This document shows positions 57,951 through 64,000 of a DNA stretch of 64,000 nucleotides, in pieces (the first letter of the stretch is position 1; the number at the start of each line of letters is the position of its first letter). Origin of the DNA: Lachnospiraceae bacterium (GTDB taxonomy: Bacteria; Bacillota; Clostridia; Lachnospirales; Lachnospiraceae); assembly GCA_029099805.1 (NCBI GenBank), contig JAQXOR010000125.1:1475-65474 (forward strand), given 5' to 3'. The notes beneath the pieces are model-generated. The model saw only the letters and a list, made by a program, of their open reading frames with translations. It did not search any database and was not told the DNA's origin. The translations under genes were made by a program, and so were the position numbers.

Positions 57951-58199
57951 CTATTTTTCACATTTAGAATATTTTTCTACCAGTGCTACAATATCCTCCA
58001 ACGTTGAAAAATTACTAATCGTTACTTCCTGCATTGGGATTTCAATTTTTAATTGCCTATATACTTCTGACAGAAGATACAAAATCCCCATAGAATCCAG
58101 CACATCATCTAATAAGTATGTTTCTTCCGTTATCTCAGTTATCGGATCTATCTCTAAGAAAATATTAATGATAATTTCCTTTATCTCTTCCCTTTTCAT
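57951..58199 (-). CDS. small carrier protein (acyl/peptidyl/D-alanyl carrier type)
   Basis: 82 aa and acidic. LDSMG phosphopantetheine-attachment-like motif. It lies 9 nt upstream of the adenylating enzyme. Confidence 0.7.
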   Translation of the reverse strand: MKREEIKEIIINIFLEIDPITEITEETYLLDDVLDSMGILYLLSEVYRQLKIEIPMQEVTISNFSTLEDIVALVEKYSKCEK

Positions 58200-58274
58200 A
58201 TACTCTTTGCATGAAGTTCATAAAAAGCAACTCCATACTTCTCCTTTCTTTTCTCTTCAGAACTACTATGTCTC

Positions 58275-58700
58275 CTAATCTCCTTCCCTGTACACAGAGG
58301 ACGGAATTTCAACTAATTCTACCAACCCTACAAATTTTTGAAACAGATACGCCGTTCTGTATCCCCCCATCGCATCTGATTTTTGAGGTTCCTCCATTAA
58401 AAAATAACCCTTTTGCTTATATTCGCTTATTGATGCATCCATATCTTCTACCTCGTAACAGATGTGATACATTTCATATGTTTTTCCTTTCCCAATAAAA
58501 CGATTCACCGGAGAAGGTTCTCCTTTGCATATTGGTGCAACCAATTCAAGTCGAAGCACATCATTTTGAATATATTGGACTTGTATCCGCCTGCCTGTAT
58601 CAACAAGAATACCTCCTTTTTTCTCATAACCAAGCTTTTCATATTCACAACATGCGCAACCTATATCTTCTACCGCAACTCCAATATGATTAATCTTCAT
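58275..58700 (-). CDS. VOC-fold protein (glyoxalase / methylmalonyl-CoA epimerase-like)
   Basis: INHIGVAVEDI and YHICYEV motifs. The ATG at 58700 has AAAGGA upstream and overlaps the upstream gene by 11 nt. Confidence 0.65.
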   Translation of the reverse strand: MKINHIGVAVEDIGCACCEYEKLGYEKKGGILVDTGRRIQVQYIQNDVLRLELVAPICKGEPSPVNRFIGKGKTYEMYHICYEVEDMDASISEYKQKGYFLMEEPQKSDAMGGYRTAYLFQKFVGLVELVEIPSSVYREGD

Positions 58701-59916
58701 TCTCGTCACTATCCTTTAGAAAGTTCAATAAACTATTTGCCATTTGAATACGTCCTTCATAATTAGCAAGTTCGTTTTTGTCATACTTACTATAAAACCC
58801 ATCTTCCGTCAACAAAAAGCTCTGATCCAAAAATAGCCCGCCATACTCCAAGACAATCTGTTTAAAAACCTCCAATCCTTTTTGATAAGCTACGACAAAT
58901 GCCTCACCCCAATATTCTTTTCCGCTCATATAATTTAATGGAGGGGCAAATGTCAAAACCTTAATATGATATTTTTTTGCAAGAAGAAGCGCTTTTTTCA
59001 AATATACAATCCCTTCACTTTCTAAATCCGGCTGATACATATAACTCATCTTCAAAAAAATTCTCAATTTCTTATCTGAAATAACAGCAGAACCATTTTC
59101 ATTTTCCACGGAAAATATGAACGGCGGGTTCTCTGTCCGCTGTCTGGTAAGCTGTATGTACTCTTCCAGTTCCCTATCTTTACTTCCCACCTGTTCATAC
59201 ATTCTCCGCATTAACTCCGTATGCTGTGAACTACTTAACAAATGAGTTGTTCCATTGAACGTTTCATAATTAATCGGTAGTATCAGTATCCGAGGAATAT
59301 TCCCAAGTTCAAGCTGCCCCTTTAACATATAGTATTGTGCTCTCATGCAAAGAGCATGCATTGAAAGCACTTTTGCAGGTATCTCTCTGTCTGCAAATTC
59401 TTTTCTCAAAATATCATCTAATGTCTGAGTGTTTTCATCTGTAATTGACACAAAGGTAAATCTACAATCACCCATTATAAGAACATGATCTTTTATTGGT
59501 CTGAAAAATTCATTTAAATATTTGTTATATATTTCTGAGGGAAGAGAAAACAAATTCTTTTCCTTTTCAAATCCCATCTCACATAACTGTTTCTCCATAA
59601 ATTCAATAATGTCGCGACTTTCTACAGATATCAAGACGATATATTCATTCACACGCTTTTGTAACTCTTCCGGAGAAATAATACTGTGACTGCCTATTGC
59701 ACCTCCCCACTTCTTTGCATTATTATCACAATAATCGAACTCCTTAATTCCTTCATTTTGTAAAAACAGACCAAAAATACTTCCTCTTACTCCCGCACCA
59801 AAAATTAACAAACGCTTATTTCTTATTGCTGTTCTGTTTTTTTCTACAAAACTTTGAAGTAATATTAATTCTCCCCTATCAAGCATGTATTCCGGACATT
59901 CAAAATCAATTCCCAT
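58690..59916 (-). CDS. hypothetical protein: N-terminal domain paralogous to the FkbM protein N-terminus, C-terminal domain unknown (possible SGNH/DltD-like)
   Basis: AGGGAGG lies 8 nt upstream of the ATG at 59916. LLIFGAGVRG...YCDNNAKKWGG aligns with VILFGAGNTR...FCDNSPGKVGG of 53875-54984. A VLIMGDCRF segment is present. Confidence 0.5.
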   Translation of the reverse strand: MGIDFECPEYMLDRGELILLQSFVEKNRTAIRNKRLLIFGAGVRGSIFGLFLQNEGIKEFDYCDNNAKKWGGAIGSHSIISPEELQKRVNEYIVLISVESRDIIEFMEKQLCEMGFEKEKNLFSLPSEIYNKYLNEFFRPIKDHVLIMGDCRFTFVSITDENTQTLDDILRKEFADREIPAKVLSMHALCMRAQYYMLKGQLELGNIPRILILPINYETFNGTTHLLSSSQHTELMRRMYEQVGSKDRELEEYIQLTRQRTENPPFIFSVENENGSAVISDKKLRIFLKMSYMYQPDLESEGIVYLKKALLLAKKYHIKVLTFAPPLNYMSGKEYWGEAFVVAYQKGLEVFKQIVLEYGGLFLDQSFLLTEDGFYSKYDKNELANYEGRIQMANSLLNFLKDSDENED

Positions 59917-59966
59917 TTTTACTGCCTCCCTTTTAAGCAATTCCTCTTATCCAAACCTCTTCTCTT

Positions 59967-60905
59967 TCATAGGACAATATACTCCCTCATAAACTCCTTC
60001 TCAAACTCCTCTATATATTCCGACTCATAAAACTCCTCATAATGCTCGGTCAGTTCTTTCTTCACGAACTCCAGCTGCTTTCGACAGGAAACCAGATTGT
60101 TCCTTGAAATCTTATTGCACATGGAAATCATGTATGACCATTCACTGTACTGCGCATAATCCGCTATTTTCGGCAGCTTCTTTGACAAATACTCCGTTCG
60201 CTCTCTGAACGCATCAAAGTATTCATCCAGCTGCTCCGGTGTCAGGAGCAAGTCATTGGTAGTAAATGCAGAATTATTTCCCGGATGCCGCCAGAAACAA
60301 TATTTCGGTACTCCATGTGCTGCTACGCGATTTGCAGATGCAAAGTATTTGTACGTTGCACGGATGTCGTCATACTTTCCTTCCGGAAGAAAACGTATCT
60401 CATCAAAAAGCTCACGTTTCACCAGCTTTGTCGGCATTGCTGCATTACACTTTTTTCGTTTTAACAGCATGACTACCGCTTCCTCCGGTGTCATCACAAG
60501 CTTTTCCTCAAACACACAGTTTGGTAGGAATTCGCCATCCACTTCCTTTGTGGAACCGCATACCGAGATGTCCGCATCTGCTTCCTTGGCCAGTCCGTAC
60601 AAAAACTCCAGCATATCGGGCTCTGCCGTATCGTCATCATCAATAAAGGTGATGTACTCTCCTCCTGCCACGTCCAGTCCCGCATTTCTTCCTGCACCAA
60701 TCGTACTCTTTGGGAGATGGAGCACCCGGATGCGGGCATCCTTCTTCGCGTATTCCTCCGCAATCTCGCCGCTCCGGTCCGTAGAGCCGTTGTCGACAAT
60801 AATGTATTCGAATTCCTTCAATGTCTGGGCTAAGACAGACTCGATTGCCCGTTCTACAAGCGCCTCTCTGTTGTACGTCAGCATAATGACACTGACCTTT
60901 ACCAT
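59967..60905 (-). CDS. GT2 glycosyltransferase
   Basis: VSVIMLTYNRE, IIVDNGSTD and FIDDDD. The ATG at 60905 overlaps the rfbF stop. Confidence 0.85.
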   Translation of the reverse strand: MVKVSVIMLTYNREALVERAIESVLAQTLKEFEYIIVDNGSTDRSGEIAEEYAKKDARIRVLHLPKSTIGAGRNAGLDVAGGEYITFIDDDDTAEPDMLEFLYGLAKEADADISVCGSTKEVDGEFLPNCVFEEKLVMTPEEAVVMLLKRKKCNAAMPTKLVKRELFDEIRFLPEGKYDDIRATYKYFASANRVAAHGVPKYCFWRHPGNNSAFTTNDLLLTPEQLDEYFDAFRERTEYLSKKLPKIADYAQYSEWSYMISMCNKISRNNLVSCRKQLEFVKKELTEHYEEFYESEYIEEFEKEFMREYIVL

Positions 60906-61672
60906 TTCACCCACGGGGCCTCCCCCCTCTCTAACAGTGCCTCAAGATAGTGCTTGTCCCGCTGGGTATCCATACACTGCCAGAATCCGTCATACTTATA
61001 AGCCACCAGCTCTCCCATAGAGGCCAGCGTTTCAAAAGGTTTCCGTTCCAGTATCGTGGAATCCTCCTCTATCATATCAAAAATCTCCGGTCCGAGCACC
61101 ATGAAACCGGCATTAATCCAACCGCCTTCCTCCTTACCCTTCTCCGTGAATTTCTGTATGACCTGGTTTTCTCCGATATCCAGTACACCGAACTTATTTC
61201 CCGGCTGTACCGCCGTAATCGTGGCAATCTTTCCGTGTCCCTTATGAAATTCAACCAGCTTATTGATATCAATATCCGATACACCGTCTCCATAGGTGCA
61301 CAGAAACGGCTCATTCCCGACATAATCCCGCACACGCTTGATACGACCGCCGGTCTGGGTATACAGCCCCGTATCCACCAGCGTCACACGCCACGGCTCC
61401 GCCACGTTGTTATGTACAATCATCTCGTTGTTATGTGCAAAATCAAAGGTAATATCCGAACGGTGCAGATAATAGTCCGCAAAGTATTCCTTTATGATAT
61501 GCCCCTTATAGCCGCAACAAATCACAAACTCATGAAACCCGTAATGGGAATAGCTCTTCATAATATGCCACAAAATCGGCGCATCTCCGATGGCAATCAT
61601 CGGCTTCGGCTTTAAGTGACTTTCTTCACTGATACGGGTTCCGAATCCACCCGCCAATATTACAACCTTCAT
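60899..61672 (-). CDS. rfbF: glucose-1-phosphate cytidylyltransferase
   Basis: MKVVILAGGFGTRISEESHLKPKPM...ILWHIMK..., about 257 aa, typical RfbF. Confidence 0.9.
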   Translation of the reverse strand: MKVVILAGGFGTRISEESHLKPKPMIAIGDAPILWHIMKSYSHYGFHEFVICCGYKGHIIKEYFADYYLHRSDITFDFAHNNEMIVHNNVAEPWRVTLVDTGLYTQTGGRIKRVRDYVGNEPFLCTYGDGVSDIDINKLVEFHKGHGKIATITAVQPGNKFGVLDIGENQVIQKFTEKGKEEGGWINAGFMVLGPEIFDMIEEDSTILERKPFETLASMGELVAYKYDGFWQCMDTQRDKHYLEALLERGEAPWVKW

Positions 61673-61968
61673 AGGCTTCCTCACTCGTTTTCTCTGCTAT
61701 AAAGCAGTGTTATGTTCTGTACTCCTGTTTCCGTATACCTATATCGTATTATATCGTCAAAAAAAGAGGGAAGCTTAATAACGGAACAAAAACTCATTCA
61801 TTCTCCACAGCCCTCCTATAAATTGAAAGACCCAACGTGGTCCGCATCATTGAGAGGCGTGTTGGGTTCTGTTATCTTCAAGAACATTATACCCCTAAAA
61901 ATCTTTTCCTGCAATCTGTTTTCAATCTTATCTGCAATGTAAAAAATCACCAGATCTATAGTAACTAA

Positions 61969-62091
61969 AGACCTTGCATAGCTCCGTTTCGTCATAAAAC
62001 ACTGGAGGAAAGAGCTGCAGAATATGGTGGCAAACTAAATCTTGACGGAGAATATGACTGGGGAGAGTCTATCGGGAGGGAGATATGGTAA
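61969..62091 (+). pseudogene. MazE-type antitoxin, C-terminal tail only
   Basis: The frame reads ...HKTLEERAAEYGGKLNLDGEYDWGESIGREIW-stop, compared with the E. coli MazE end ...ENIDWGEPKDKEVW. An in-frame TAA lies at 61966-61968, and no ATG/GTG/TTG follows it in frame. Confidence 0.6.
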
Positions 62092-62396
62092 TGATCGAGC
62101 AAATACATCAGGGTGATATTCTCAATGTAGAAAAGATTAAACACCCGGTACTGGTTGTTAGTAAAGACTTCTTTAATGCATCCGGAGAAATCATCGGGTG
62201 TCCTATTATTGAAAATTCTGTGGAAGGACCTCTTCATATCTTCATTTCCGCTAAATATACAAGTGGATATGTCCAGTGTGAAAAACTTGCAATGCTTGAT
62301 TTAACGGTACGGGGATATAAGAAAGTGGACACTGTCGCCATAGCTTCACTCATTAATATGGCAGATGCAATTCAAGGGATTTTTGAGTATCTATAA
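62085..62396 (+). CDS. PemK/MazF-family toxin
   Basis: GDILNVE...HPVLVVSKDFFNASGEIIGCPII...GYVQCEKLAMLD pattern. The start overlaps the MazE-tail stop (ATGGTAATG). Confidence 0.7.
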   Translation: MVMIEQIHQGDILNVEKIKHPVLVVSKDFFNASGEIIGCPIIENSVEGPLHIFISAKYTSGYVQCEKLAMLDLTVRGYKKVDTVAIASLINMADAIQGIFEYL

Positions 62397-62414
62397 TTCA
62401 GTTAGGCGCTACCT

Positions 62415-63827
62415 CTATTCCCCTATATTCCGGTATCGGTCCGTACTAATCTTTTCCCGGAGAACCGCTCCTCCCTCTGCCTTTTCGATTCTGTAGACCT
62501 CTACCGTCATGCCGGACTCTTTTTCTGCAATAACGCTCTCCAGTGTCACATTTTCTCGCAGCGCCTCTTTTGTTCCATATAGAGTAACCCTTACCTTATC
62601 TCCCGTTGCCTCGCAAAGCAAGATAACCGGCACTTTCGTTGTATTCTTAAATTTCAAATCCTTATAATCTCCCGCAATTGCCGCATCCCGTCCGGGAGGG
62701 ATATACCCCACCGGCATGGAATGCGGACAACGCTCAGTGATTTCAAGCCTCGTCTGAAGCAGTGCATTATAAATAGTGGTAGATAATTGACATACTCCGC
62801 CACCGATGCTTTCCGACAGTTTGCCCGCTATGTACGTTCCCCCTGGCGCATACCCGTTTTCTTCCGTAAACGGCATCAATGCCGCAACCGTAGAAAACTC
62901 TTCTCCCGGCAATATTACCGTTGCATGTAAATGAGACGCCCCTGCTGCAATATTCTTTGACCTTCCGCTCCCGGCGCCCTGATAACCGGTTGTAAATTCT
63001 CCGATTATCGTATCACACTTTTTCGCCTGTGAAGTCGTAAGCCGTGGCATCAGCACCGTTCCGTTCAGCTTAAATCGGAGTACAAGCCCGTCCACTGCTC
63101 CCGTTTGAATTCGCTTTTCCGCAGCTTTCGTTACTTTTTCATACTCCTCCCATATCGTTTCCGTTTTCAGGCGGTAACCCCGTTCACTATCCGTCACAAC
63201 TAAATGTCCCCGTCCCCACTTTACGGCTGCCTCTTTCTTATCCCGTTGCAACAGCTCGGCTGCAGCTGCCACCAGCTCCCCAAACTGTGCTTCTTCCCAT
63301 ACAATCACAGCTTCTGCATCTCTTGTCCGAAACGGTTTTCCTCTCACCACAGCATAAATCCATTCCCATACCCTAACTTCATGACTTTTCGAAACAATTT
63401 CCTGTATCGTTTCCTCAGTCAACACCCGAGCCATAGGCATTTTTATTGACAAAAATAGTTCCTTATCACTTACCCGAACATGCAAAAATTCTGTCCCATG
63501 CTGACTGACCTCCGATTCATCGGCGGCTGCATAGTTTCCGTTTCTTTGCTCTGTTTCGTGTATCCGCTTCTGTATCGCTCCTTCCACATCAACCTTCATC
63601 TCCGGAAGAATTTCACAGGTAATCTCCGTTTGAACCTCAGGCAAAAGACACCGAAGCACCTCCTCCACCTCAGACACCGTCATACCGGAAATATTTCGTC
63701 CGCACAGCCAAATCCCCGGTGCAATCCTCTCCTTATACCTTAGCCTTATCAAACTACCCGACAGCAGGACGATAAAACACGCAGCAAACAATCCGGTAAG
63801 TATGAAACGTATTCCCCTTTTAACCAC
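62415..63827 (-). CDS. VanW family protein
   Basis: N-terminal TM. VanW core GGGVCQLSTTIYNALL. GTG start with a GAAAGGCGGA RBS. Confidence 0.85.
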   Translation of the reverse strand: MVKRGIRFILTGLFAACFIVLLSGSLIRLRYKERIAPGIWLCGRNISGMTVSEVEEVLRCLLPEVQTEITCEILPEMKVDVEGAIQKRIHETEQRNGNYAAADESEVSQHGTEFLHVRVSDKELFLSIKMPMARVLTEETIQEIVSKSHEVRVWEWIYAVVRGKPFRTRDAEAVIVWEEAQFGELVAAAAELLQRDKKEAAVKWGRGHLVVTDSERGYRLKTETIWEEYEKVTKAAEKRIQTGAVDGLVLRFKLNGTVLMPRLTTSQAKKCDTIIGEFTTGYQGAGSGRSKNIAAGASHLHATVILPGEEFSTVAALMPFTEENGYAPGGTYIAGKLSESIGGGVCQLSTTIYNALLQTRLEITERCPHSMPVGYIPPGRDAAIAGDYKDLKFKNTTKVPVILLCEATGDKVRVTLYGTKEALRENVTLESVIAEKESGMTVEVYRIEKAEGGAVLREKISTDRYRNIGE

Positions 63828-63933
63828 TCTGTCCGCCTTTCGAATTTTCCGTTTTTAAGAAATCACTAAATAATTTAAAATATATGCAACATCCTATCCG
63901 GACTTGAATATCAAAATTTCATATAAAGTAAAA

Positions 63934-63959
63934 AAACAGACGGTTGACACCGTCTGTTT
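63934..63959. terminator. bidirectional terminator hairpin
   Basis: AAACAGACGG-ttgaca-CCGTCTGTTT, flanked by A- and T-runs. Confidence 0.6.
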
Positions 63960-64000
63960 TGTCGGATATAGTTATTATAATGTCGTTGTTTATCTGAGCG

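Noticed and set aside
61712-61942. 76-aa plus-strand ORF between rfbF and the MazE tail, tested as a possible missing N-terminus of MazE.
   Set aside because: It is in a different frame from the MazE tail, has no AbrB-like motif and no RBS. An ACCCAAC/GTTGGGT hairpin lies inside it.
1-64000. Search for a CRISPR array, tRNA/rRNA genes, integrase or transposase, and prophage blocks.
   Set aside because: No regularly spaced direct repeats and no cloverleaf or rRNA-like segments were seen by eye. No recombinase motifs appear in any credible ORF. Only the Rpn tail remnant is present.

Overview
This is a 64-kb chromosomal segment of a flagellated, probably spore-forming Firmicute. The proteins look Clostridia/Lachnospiraceae-like, but that is inference only. 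I support about 55 genes, mostly on the minus strand.

Housekeeping blocks:
- purM-purN-purD, hisC, queH and typA/bipA.
- An Opp-type ABC importer next to a GH5 lipoprotein.
- DUF368 + ZnuABC + an AI-2E permease + a Panacea-domain protein, all co-directional.
- A TldD/PmbA pair.
- A T-box leader, best read as alanine-specific, in front of a PurM-superfamily gene and an AlaR/AlaT-like pair.

Motility and c-di-GMP content:
- Flagellin with a sigma-D-type promoter and a structured, CsrA-type leader.
- An MCP-PilZ fusion, an HD-GYP protein and a weak FliD-like ORF.

The most unusual region is a flagellin-glycosylation island at 52.8-61.7 kb, much of it AT-rich, plus a GT2-TPR gene downstream of fliC. 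It combines an adenylating enzyme, a small carrier protein, a VOC-fold protein, an unknown 408-aa protein, a radical SAM/SPASM enzyme, an FkbM methyltransferase, two GT2 enzymes and RfbF. I read this as a Dlt-like acyl/aminoacyl tailoring module for a flagellin glycan.

Other points worth a second look:
- A Csp-family subtilase whose catalytic Ser is Gly.
- A MazF toxin preceded only by the C-terminal tail of MazE.
- A MacB-type ABC system with a 710-aa CARDB-repeat protein in place of an adaptor.
- A G9 homopolymer next to an Rpn-nuclease remnant.
- Clusters of GC-rich palindromes and a recurrent terminator hairpin family.

I saw no rRNA, tRNA, CRISPR array, integrase or intact transposase. 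All family assignments come from motifs read by eye. No database search was possible.
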